NCBI RefSeq assembly: GCF_009834535.1
Contig: NC_045696.1
Coordinates: forward strand, 56,608,001-56,672,000
Direction: 5' to 3'
Source of the DNA: Camelus ferus
Taxonomy: Eukaryota
Length of the DNA stretch: 64,000 bases
Under the pieces are notes generated by a model. That model saw nothing but the letters and a program-made list of their open reading frames with translations, did no database searches and had not been told where the DNA came from. Shown in pieces: positions 1 to 10,660 of the stretch (the stretch's first letter is position 1; every line of letters starts with the position of its first letter). Made by a program: the position numbers and the translations under genes.

Positions 1-21
1 AAAACAGAACATCTAAGGTAG

Positions 22-2939
22 GGGAACCAAACATTCACCATACAGAAGACTGGCCTGTTAGGGTGCATTCTGCAGAAATATTTAATCATCTATGTAATAC
101 AGCCTGGCCCCAATATGGGCTGGGGGTTGGGGAAAGTTGGCCCATCAATGGGTCACAAACTAGGGTGACCTACCTAGGCTTCATTCTCACAGAAGGCCAG
201 AAAAGCCTACCCCAGGAAAGGAAAGAAGCCATTTGCAGCCTTGCTCCCCCTAAAACTTGAAGACAACTTAGGGGCTTCCTAGGCGTGGCTGGAATTTGCC
301 ATATCTGGATCCCTAACTATGGTCTAATAGTTAGGCCTCTATATGAAACGTCAAAAGGAAAAGATGATGATCCTTTTGAATGGAATTCAGAATGTGAAGG
401 GGTGTTTCAAGAACTGAAAAAGCAATTACTTCAAGCCCCTGCCCCAGCCCTCCCAGATTTAGCTAAACCCTCTGACCTTTCCATTCATGAGAGAAGGGGA
501 ATTGCCCTTGGAGTATTAGCTCAGAAACTGGGACCTCTTACTCCAGTGCTTGCTTATTTCTCTAAACATTTAGATCAAACCACCAAGGGACATCTTCCTT
601 GCTTATAAGCAGTAGCAGCTACCACAACCCTCCAAAGGAGGCTGAAAAGTTAACGTTTGGTCAGCTAGTCACTATATTGACTCCACTCCAGGTTCCAGCT
701 TTAGTAAGTTCCAAGGGAACTGAATGCCTATTCCCCTGGAAGGTCGATTCAAGTCCAGGCTATGCTTTTAGACAACCCAGTGGTTACCATAAAAATCTGT
801 CACTTGCTAAATCCTGCCACACTGCTACCCTCAGAAACAGAGCTCTTGGAGCATGACTGTATAGAAACCATAGACATGATCTATTCCAGTCACTTCGACC
901 TAGGAAGTGAGCCTCTCCCAAACACCAAAGAGGAATGATTCACAAATGGAAGCAGTTTTATAAGGGAGGGGAAAAGGTTAGTGGGATTCAGGATACACAG
1001 TGACCTCTCAGACCCAAGTCACAGAGGCACGAAGCGTACCCCCAGGGACTTCAGCACCAAAGGCTGAGCTGATAGCCCTCACCCAAGCCTTAGACCTCAG
1101 GACAGGGAAGATCTTAAATGTTTATGCAGATTCCTAGTATGAGTATGGCACCCTACACACACAATGGCTTATGCATACTGAAGCTCTTAGAAGCTGTACA
1201 GCTTCCAAAAAAGATGGCAGTGATTCATTGTAGGGGTCACCAAAAAGGGAGGTGCAGAAGTAATAAAAAGGAAACAACAAGGGGGACGCAACTGCCAAAA
1301 GGGCGGCCCTGGAACCAGCAACTTGGCAACTACCCCTCATATCTCAAAGGGCAGATCCATCCAACTATTCCCCAATCTACACAAAGGAAGAATTAGACAA
1401 AGCCTGAAAATGGGGCTTCAGTAGAGATCTAAGAGGCCATGGGTGGCTAGTTACTGAACATGGGCAATACTTCTCTCCCCAAATTGCACCTTGTCAAGCT
1501 ATCAGGGAGGCTCATCAAGAGACTCACCACAGGAGGGAAGCACTATGTAATTGGTTAGCTGAGGTCATGGCAACTCCTGGCATGAAAAGTACAATCAGTG
1601 GGATAGTTGAGACATGCCCCATCTGCACAATGAACAGCCCCAACACCAAACTCTCCAGAGGCCTCCAGATTAGGCCCATTCAGAGCAGAGCAACATATCC
1701 TGGGGAAGACTGGCAGACTGATCTCATCATCATGCCGGGAGCATCGGATAACTTCAGGTATCTCTTGGTGCTAGTGGACACGTTTTGCAGGATGAGGAGA
1801 AGTTTTCTCCACTGGAACTGAAATGGCAGCTGAAGTGGCTAAGGCTACTAACAGAAATAACCCCCTGGTTTGGGGCTCCCAGGATTCCTAACAAAGTGAT
1901 TCTAGTCCAGCATTTGTGTCTCAAGTGATGAAGGGGAGAACAAGTGCCCTGACATAAAACAGACCTTGCACCCAGTCTGGAGACCCCAATCATCAGGGAA
2001 AGTAGAAAGATCCAATCAGATCTTGAAATAAGCCTTAGCCAAGCTATGTCAGGAAACCCAAGAAAATTGGATTAAGTTGCTTCTGATTGCCCTGCTCCAA
2101 ATGTGGTTAGCCCCAAGAGATAAGTTAGAGTTAAGTGCATTTGAACTCATGTATGGTAGACTCGTTCCTAAACCCAAGAGAAGGGACACCTTAGCCCCCT
2201 TGAATGGAACAACTCAAGTGCCCTCCAGGTAGAAGAAACCACGAAGGCTGTCACAGAATATGGTAACCAGTGCACTGATCTGGCCCTGCATCCCTTCCTG
2301 TCAGGAGACTGGGTGAACCTAAAACCCAGAAAACTGGCAGCCCATAAGACCAACTCACTCCTAAGGGGAACTGACCCCACTTGGTAATCCTAACCACCTG
2401 CCCTGAAGTTGCAGGGATCACTCTGTGGGTACATCACACTTGAGTGTAGAGGTCCCCAAGCTTGAAACTCCAGAGAGACAACCTGGGGCAATGGACCCCC
2501 TTGACAACTCATGTGAACCTCTCCCTGACCTGAAGCTTCTCTTCCAAAAAACAATAAAATGTGACCAGGGACATTCAGGCCACAGCAGTGAGCCTCAACA
2601 TCAGGGCATGCTTCTGTCTACAGGCAAAAGAACTGCATTTTTAGGAAAAATTTAACACGTGATCATTATCTTCTTGCTAATATTCGGCCTGTTTTAAATT
2701 GCCTGATATCTTCTCTCTCCAAAATGTTAGACAAACGGCCGTGGCTCATAGATACAAACAGTCTGGGCTGAGGCCTGGTGACCATCAAACCTGTCTAAAG
2801 GCAGCTGGGGAGAAGTCTTGCTCCTCCACCTGAGGTGTGACAATGCCCAGACGCAGCAGAAAGCAGTTATAGAAGACGGACTTGCACCTCTCAGCACCCC
2901 TCAGGAATGAAGAACAGGACAACAGACAGAGGAGGGATC
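22..2939 (+). mobile_element. Degraded, internally deleted class I (ERV1/gamma-like) endogenous retrovirus, internal region: gag MA stub, C-terminal RT, RNase H, integrase, env TM stub, PPT; 5' LTR lies outside the window
   Basis: Translations: GNQTFTI..LGCIL and LCNTAWPQY..WPINGS (gag MA); VTYLGFIL, LRGFLGVAGICHIWIPNY, LLQAPAPALPD, LAYFSKHLD (RT/connection); FTNGSS, KAELIALTQAL, AVIHCRGHQKG (RNase H); H..H..CPIC, PGEDWQTD, YLLVLVDTF (integrase); IFLLIFG..VLNCLIS near 2668-2712 (env TM); purine-rich tract just before 2940. Many stops and frameshifts. Confidence 0.93.
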
Positions 2940-3473
2940 TGTCACCGGAAAAGCCCATTAACAATTCCCTGGGAATAAAAATAGAATCTGGGTAATAAAG
3001 TCAAGTCTAACCTTTTTCTTTTCCTTTGTGCTCAGTCTAGTTCCACCTGCTCGCAGGACGCTGCATACAGAAGCCTCGCACCCAGTGCTTCAGACTGGAG
3101 TTCACTCTACAAAATGGCTGCGCAGACACCTCAGCTCCGGCTGTGTGCCCGCGGCACTGCAGTTCAAGATGGCGGCGGCGGACCGTGTGCGGTGACGCTG
3201 CGCCCGGCACTGCGATCTGGGGCGTGAGCGGCACGGCTGTGCTGGACCCGCGAGAGCTCCGCCCCCTCCACACTGACGCGATTCCTACCCAGCAGCCTCG
3301 ACCACGGCTGGCCTTTCCCCGAGAGCGTGGGCTGTAGAGCATGAGACTCCACCTCTTCATTCTCTGATCAAGGAATAAAGCTTTTCTTTGCTTCTGAAAT
3401 GAACTCAGTCTTGTTCTATTGGCATGAGCAACACTGTGCAGAAGGACCCTTAATGGGGCCTGACTTGGCAACA
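2940..3473 (+). mobile_element. 3' LTR of the ERV (534 bp), CpG-rich
   Basis: Starts TGTCACC right after the PPT, ends GGCAACA, AATAAA at 3374-3379, YY1 motif CAAGATGGCGGC at 3165-3176; co-linear homology with the solo LTR at 58242-58741. Confidence 0.88.
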
Positions 3474-4909
3474 AAAACAATTTGGGGAAAGGACAAGGTT
3501 GAAAGAGTCAGACTACCTGGTTTCAAGACTTCCTCAAAAGGTACAGTAATCAAAACTGTGTGGTACTAGTAAAAAGATAGGTATATAGATTAGTGAAACA
3601 GAATCGAGAATCTAGAAATAGACCCACACAAATATGGTCAATTGGGTTTTGACAAAAATGCAAATACAAGTCAATGGAAGGACAGTCTTTTCAACAAAAG
3701 GTGCAGGAAAAATGGATGCCCACATGCATGAAAGTGACCCTCAAAGCATACTCCAAACTTCATACAAAAATTAACTTAAAATGGGTCATGGGCCTAAATA
3801 TAAAATGTAAAACTATTAACATTTTTAAAAGAAAACAGGAGAAAATCTTTATGGGATTAACTCAGGCAAAGAGTTCTTAGACTTGCAAAAACATGATTCC
3901 TAAAGGAAAAAAATTAGTAAATAGACCTTGATAAAAATTTAACTTTACACAGACTGTTAAGAGAATGAAGATATGTTATAGACTGGGTGAGATACTTGCA
4001 CATCCCATATCCGACAAAGGATTTTTATCCAAAATATATAAGGATCTCTCAAAACTCAACAGTAAGGAAGCAAACAACTCAAAAATGGGCAGAAGATTTG
4101 AACAAATATTTCATTAAAAATAATACATGGATGGCAAACAAGCACATGGAAAAATGCTCAATATCATTATTTGTTAGAGAAATGCAGATTGATACCATGC
4201 TGAAAAAATACTATATATCTATTAGCATGCTTAAAAAAAACAGACAAGTCCTAGAGCCACTGAGGATGCAGAGCAACAGGGTGACATATTGCTGATGGGA
4301 ATACAAAGTGATAAAGCTACTTTATAAGAAGCTCTGGCAGTTTCTTATAAAGTTAAACATAGATCTATCACATTACCCCACAATTCCACTCAGGTATTTA
4401 TCCAAGAGAAATGAAAATTTATGTTCCTCCCTAAAACCTGTGTGCAAATATTTACAACAGCTTTATTCATAATTGCCAAAGACTGGAAACAACCCAAAGT
4501 CCTTGAGCTAGTGAATGGGTAAACAAACTGTGGAACATCCACAGAGTGGAACACTACTCAGCAGCAAAGACTGAACTAGTGATACAGTCTCGCCAAGATG
4601 GATGACTCTCAGATGCACTTTCCTAAGTGACACAAGCCATATTCAAAGGCTAGGTACTGCACGATTCCCTTCATATGACCATCAGGAAGGGGCAAAACGG
4701 TAGGGACAGGGGACTGACCAGGAGTCGCCAGGGACTATAGGAAAGGGGAGTTTTTGACTACAAAGGGCCAGCATGTATGAGGGAGTTTTTAGGGTGATAG
4801 AACTGTTCTCTATTTTAATTGTGGTGTTGGTTACACGGCTTTTTGTTTGTTTTGACTCAGAACTATATGCCAAAAGGTATAAAATTTTACTTATGTGAAT
4901 AAAAAAAAA
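3474..4909 (+). mobile_element. Old L1 3' portion (ORF2 C-terminus plus 3' UTR and A tail); probably the element the ERV inserted into
   Basis: L1 ORF2 motifs (gtaatcaaaactgtgtggtac, [23 protein letters not shown]), 3' UTR, AATAAAAAAAAAA near 4898-4909; starts directly after the LTR end. Confidence 0.88.
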
Positions 4910-5648
4910 TCAGCTAAAGCATACCTGATTTAAAACTGCCAACAAATTCAAACCAAAATTTATTGAGCATCTATTACATGTAGAGCTTGGACTGGTGGTA
5001 TGAGGAAAACAAAGCCTCCTGCTAAGCTCCTTCTCTCCACAGACACCAGTCCACTGGAAGAGAAACAGGCACACAAATATCATTTACTTAGGATACGTGC
5101 CTGACAAAGGAACAATGAAGGTGTAAACAGAGAATTGTAAGCTTGGAGAACTGTAAAGCTGAGTCACAGCAGAAATAAATCAGATTGTACAGTGACCAAA
5201 AATTGGATGGGAAAAGGTTATGAGGATGGAAAATGTGATTATTGATCAGGGAGGGTAAGGTAATAAAAGCAAGCCCTAAATGTAATGAGGTTGAATCAAT
5301 GCATGTAATGCTATCTTTATAAAAGGCAAATCAAATAATTCAGTACTGATTCCCCACCAGGAAGGTGAGTGAGCAGAAAATCTTCAGTATGAAGTTGTGT
5401 TGACTTCAGATTCCACGAGCAGTGTCTTTATTCCCTCGTCCCCCATGAAAATAGTTCCCTTCTCTGAAAACTACTGATGGAAAAAAATGCAGGTCTTCCC
5501 TAAGTGGAATATGAAGGTTATTATCAGGTGATACTTCTGTCCCTCCTGGGTGTGAGGATGTCATCCCGTAGTTGAATCCTAAAGAGGCAGTTGATATCAA
5601 AGAGGTACAAAATTAGAACTCCCCCTTTATAGCATCATGTGTCAGGGA

Positions 5649-5817
5649 TAGTGGTTCTCAAAGCATGGATCCTGGACCAGCCACAAAACATCATTCGGGA
5701 ACTGGTTAGAAACACAGGTGTTATGCCATCTAGGGTCAGGTTAGGCCCAGCAATCTGTGTGTCAGCAAGCTCTTTGTGTAATTCTGATGAATATTTGAGA
5801 ATTTTGAGTTTGAGAAG
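5649..5817. mobile_element. MER5A-like hAT-Charlie MITE
   Basis: Terminus tagtggttctcaaag..., internal ggcccagcaatctgtgt, end tttgagtttgagaa. Confidence 0.7.
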
Positions 5818-6183
5818 ATGTCAAAACTGGATATTGTACTTAACTACTGTAATCAGTTGAAGCTGAAAAAGGGATATCAACTTCTGGGGCTTGTTATAAT
5901 CAATCATGTAAGACCTAGAGTCTGGCTCCATTCTTTCCAGAGAATTAGTTTTCAATGTTTACTTAGCATAACCACCTTGAATCTCTTCTACCTTTCTACA
6001 GCACTTAGAAAATTCTAACTTTCCCCTCTCAGCAAACTAGTCACTGGTTTTTTTTTTTTAAATGATGAGTGTTTTCTTGTCAGGCAAAGAAATAAACTCT
6101 ATTCTGCTTTCTTTTTTACTGTTGAAGCTCTGGTGGTCTTTTATTCTTTTACAGAGAGCAGGCAAGTGACTCTGGGATGTAAC

Positions 6184-6407
6184 TTTTTTCATCCCTGAAC
6201 AAGTGCTTTAGAATCGGAAGCTCTATATTCTAATCCTCGGGCCAACCCAAATTATTGGAAGATCTTGGGGAAGCTACTTAACATCCCTGAGAGTCTTTTT
6301 TCATCCCTGAACAAGTGCTTTAGAATCGGAAGCTCTATATTCTAATCCTCGGGCCAACCCAAATTATTGGAAGATCTTGGGGAAGCTACTTATCATCCCT
6401 GAGAGTC
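6184..6407. repeat. Tandem duplication, 2 x 112 bp, 1 mismatch, overlapping a MIR
   Basis: 6184-6295 and 6296-6407 identical except A6281/T6393. Confidence 0.97.
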
Positions 6408-7289
6408 AGTTTTCTCATATGTAAAGAGTAAGGAGGTAATTATTCTACTCACCTCGATTGGCATAATGGCTGTGAAGTTGCTTAGTAAAGTGGGAAGTGG
6501 ATACACATGTCAGCATTATAATCATTTTGTGGGGCTTTCTCAATACTGCATTCAATACCCTCAGTTTTTTCCCCCGTAATCAGAGCACCCCACCGGGAAA
6601 GCCTGCAGCCTGGGCATGGTCCAGACTCCTCTGGAAGCCTAGCCAGCAGGGCAACCATCATTGTTTTGGAGTTTCTCTGGGTAAATGGAATAGCAGAAAT
6701 ATTCCAGCCTGAGGGATCATGGATTAAAAACATTAGATGATTATAGGAATACATTATAGACTTTCCATCAGAACTTGGAAATGACCTGGCAAATTTGTGT
6801 TTAATTTACAATAAAAAATGCTCTTCTAATCCTTGAAATGAGCAAACTGGCTTACAGCAAATCTTCTGAGCTTCCCCCAAAGGTGATGCAATGAAAGTGT
6901 TCTGCATGCAAAGCATCTCATTACTTGACACAAACAAATAGGGTACAGCTGATGTCAGTGTCTAGCAATCCTAGGAAATAAACTGCTGCTTCTGGTAAAC
7001 AGGTGGTAATTCATGTTGGATTATTTGCTAAGGGCCAAATTAGTCCCTTGTAGTGTGCACAGCACTTCTGAAGAATTAAAAATAAATGTTTTTCTGCTTA
7101 AACAATATTCTGACCCAAGGCAATTATTATGGTAATATATCTGACATAGCAATGATCCTGACACTTCCCCAGGGCCTTTTCAAATAGGATTTTTCTAAAG
7201 CACGCAAATGTTAAAAACAAAGTAGATCTCTAGGCTTGGCTTAAAAGAGGCAAGCAGAGAATAAATTCAGTGGAGAAGGGAAAGTAACA

Positions 7290-7490
7290 TCATTGATCTA
7301 GCACTTACTATGTGCCAGGCGCTGCACTTCATGTTACACACATTAACCTTATCTTCACAATAACTCTGTGAGGTAAGTATATTCCCTCTCACTTTAACAG
7401 AACAGGACACTGTGGCTCAGAGCAGTTAAGCATCTTCCAAAAAGTCACACAGCACAAAGTTCGGGGCATAGCTGAGATTCAAATTCAGTA
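7290..7490 (-). mobile_element. MIR SINE
   Basis: gcacttactatgtgccaggc...tgtgaggtaagtat...ggctcagagcagttaag...gtcacacagc, the reverse-complement MIR core. Confidence 0.75.
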
Positions 7491-7524
7491 GGTGGTCTCT
7501 TACTTAGACAGTTGAAGCAGCCCC

Positions 7525-7850
7525 CTGTGCCCGACAGCTTCCCTGTGCCCCTGCAGATCCCCTCTATACACTTCTCCATCTTACTCTGCTACAGAGGCTG
7601 CACCAATTTGCTTGCTGGTTTCCACTTGTGTTTGGTCAATAGGGAGTAATGTTAGGAGATGAGAAAGAGGAAGGAGAGTAGGGGCAAGGTTTATATGCTC
7701 CGCTTCTTAGCTCTCTCCTGCTCCATTGACCAAAAGTCTTAGCTCCTCTCCACACAGGATGCTTCCTCTGGGTTTTGATAATCACTCCCTTCTTTGAGGG
7801 CCCTACACCCTGGTCACACCTTCTTTAATCTCCCAGTTCCAGTGTGCCAT
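7525..7850 (+). mobile_element. Old ERVL-class LTR fragment (LTR33/LTR41-like)
   Basis: gtttggtcaatagggag...ggagatgagaaagaggaaggagagtaggggcaaggtttat resembles these LTR consensuses. Confidence 0.5.
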
Positions 7851-8748
7851 ACAGGTACAGCACATTTTAGCTCCATCAGCTTATAAGACATCAAGGCTAT
7901 TGTTGTTGTTTTGTTGTTGGTTCTGATTCAAATGAAGTTGTTGAATGATAGACACATGCTGCATATCCTACACAGTGTTCTAGCTGAATAGCTCCTGGTT
8001 CAATGTTTAGAGAGTGTCTCTACCTCTGGCTACAGCTCCCTAAGAAAAACTAGAATTTTTATAAGCAGAAGCACCTCACTGAACCATATATGGTTTCTGA
8101 ATGGTGATATTCAGAATTTGGTGAAAAATAACAACAGAACCTGGTATTTATACAAAGTTCTATAGCTTTACATTCATTACTTGCTATTTAAGGATATATT
8201 AGAAGCCCGATACATGTCCAGAAAAAAAAAAAGCTGAATGTGAAGCTACAGTAAAGTTATTTTTTTTAAGACTAGCAATGACAGAACTCTGATCAAGACA
8301 CATAATAGCTGATGAAGTTCTTGCCCCTGAACTATTTTCATTGAGCTAATGAAACTGGTCTGCTTTGGCTTTGCTAACTTACTCCTGTTTTCTGACTGAA
8401 TTCATTACCCATGACTTCAGGAGAACAAAGGGGAAAGAGAAGCAGACTATTAAACAAGACAGATGCAATGAGTATTTTTGCACATTAACGCTACAGGCAC
8501 AAATAAAACCTTTGGTGATCAGCAAATGTAATAGTCCTAACATTTTCAAAGGTATCGCTCTTAAAAGTCTAAAGTCATGCATGGATGGGCAATAATTTTT
8601 TAAAAATTGGTTTCATCATATTTTTGTGCTTGAGATGACATGGCATTTTGGAATCATCATCCTACCCGAATATAGTTATTCTATTATTAGATAATTATAG
8701 CACTTAACAAAAGAAAGGAAGACAGAAATGGGTAACATTTAAAAAAAA

Positions 8749-9719
8749 TTTTTATTGAGGAATAGTTGATTTACAATGTTAGTTTCAGGTGTACAGCAAA
8801 GTGATTCTGTTACGCAGATCATGCATATATGTTTTTTCTTTTCCAATTCTTTTCTATTATATGTTATTACAAGAAACTGAATAGGACCTAGTGTTGTTTA
8901 TCTATTTTGTATATAGTAATGTGTGTCTGTTAATCCCCAACCTCTAGGTTATCCCTCCTACCCTTTCCCCTTTGGTAACCATAGTTTGTTTTCTATGTCT
9001 GTGAGTCTGTTTTTGGTTTGTAAATAGAATTTGTATTTTTTTTTTAGATTTTACATGTAAGTGATATCATATGATATTTGTCTTTCTCTGTCTGACTTAC
9101 TTCATTTAATGGGATCATCTCTAGTTCCATCCATGTTGTGGCAAATGCAATAATTCATTCTTTTCTATGGTTTAGTAGCATTCAATTGTATATATATATA
9201 TACACCACATCTTCTTTATCCAGTCATCTGTTGATGGACGTTTGGGTTGTTTCCATGTCTCGTCTATTCTAAATAATGCTGCTATGATCATTGGGGTGCA
9301 TGTGTCTTTTTGAATTATAATTTTCTCTGGATATATGCCCAGGAGTGGGATTGCTGGAGTATATGGTAAGTCTATTTTTAGTTTTTTAAGGAACCTCCAA
9401 ACTGTCCTCCATAGTGGCTGCACCAATTTATATTCCCAGCAACAGTCTATGAGGCTTCCTTTTTCTCCACCCCCTCACCAGCATTTATTATTTGTAGACT
9501 TTTTGATGATGGCCATTCTGACTGGTGTAAGGTGATACCTAACTGGAGTTTTGATTTGGATTTCTCTAATAATTAGTGCTACTGAGCATCTTTTCATGTG
9601 CCCATTGGCCATCTTGATGTCTTCTTTGGACGACATCTATTTAGATCTGTCAATTTTTGGATTGGGTTATTTTCTTGATATTAAGCTGTATTATCTTGTT
9701 TGTATACTTTGGAAATTAG
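8749..9719 (-). mobile_element. L1 3' end (3' UTR plus ORF2 C-terminus), relatively young cetartiodactyl-type
   Basis: Minus-strand [44 protein letters not shown]-rich tail at the left end. Confidence 0.93.
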
Positions 9720-10660
9720 CTTTTGATAAAAGCCAACATCCATTTATGATAAAAACTCCAGAAATTGGGCATAGATGGAACATACCTCAACATAATAAAG
9801 GCCATATAAGACAAACCCACAGTTGACATCATACTTAACAGGGAAAAGTTGAAAGCATCTCCTCTAAGATCAGGAACAAGACAAGGATGCCCACTCTTGC
9901 CACTTTTATTCAACGTAGTTTTAGAAGTCCTAGCCACAGCAATCAGAAAAGAAAAAACAATAAGAGGAATTCAAATTAGAAAAGAAGAAGTAAAACTGTC
10001 ACTGTTTGCAGATGAGATGATACTATACATAGAGAATCCTAAAGATGCTACCAGAAAACTACTAGAGCTCATCAATGAATTCGGTATAGTTGCAAGATAC
10101 AGAATTAATATACAGAAATCAGTTGCATTTCTATACACTAAAACTAAATAGAAAAATAAATTAAGGAAATAATCTCATTTACCATCACATCAGCCTACCT
10201 AGGAATAAACCTACCTAAGGAGGCAAAGGACCCGTACTCTGAAAATTATAAGAAACTGATGAAAGAAACTGAAGATGACACAAACAGATGGAAAGATATA
10301 TGATGTTCTTGAATTGGAAGATTCAATATTATTAAAATGGCATACTACCCAAGGCAATATACAGATTCAATGCAATCCCTATCAAATTGCCAATGACGTT
10401 TTTCACAGAATTGGAACAAAAAAATATTAAAATTTGTATGGAAACAGAAAAGACTCCAAATAGCCAAAACAATCTTGAGAAAGAAGAATGGAGCTGAGGG
10501 AATCATGCTACCTGACTTCAAACTATACTACAAAGCTACAGTAATCAAAACAGCATGGTACTGGCCCCCAAACAGACACACAGATCAATGGAACAGGATA
10601 GAAAGTCCAGAAATAAACCCATTAACTTATGGTCAAAATTAATCTATGACAAATGAGGCA
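9720..10660 (+). mobile_element. L1 ORF2 RT segment, inverted relative to the adjacent L1 3' end
   Basis: [45 protein letters not shown] (FADD-type motif), continuing to the EINP..YGQ..DK region. Confidence 0.93.

Noticed and set aside
63..2655. Intact or domesticated retroviral gene (for example syncytin-like)
   Set aside because: pol is broken by many stops and frameshifts, and env is only a short TM stub.
3037..3480. 147-aa minus-strand ORF and overlapping ORFs
   Set aside because: They lie almost entirely within the GC-rich LTR; low-complexity Arg/Ser/Ala content and no homology recognised.
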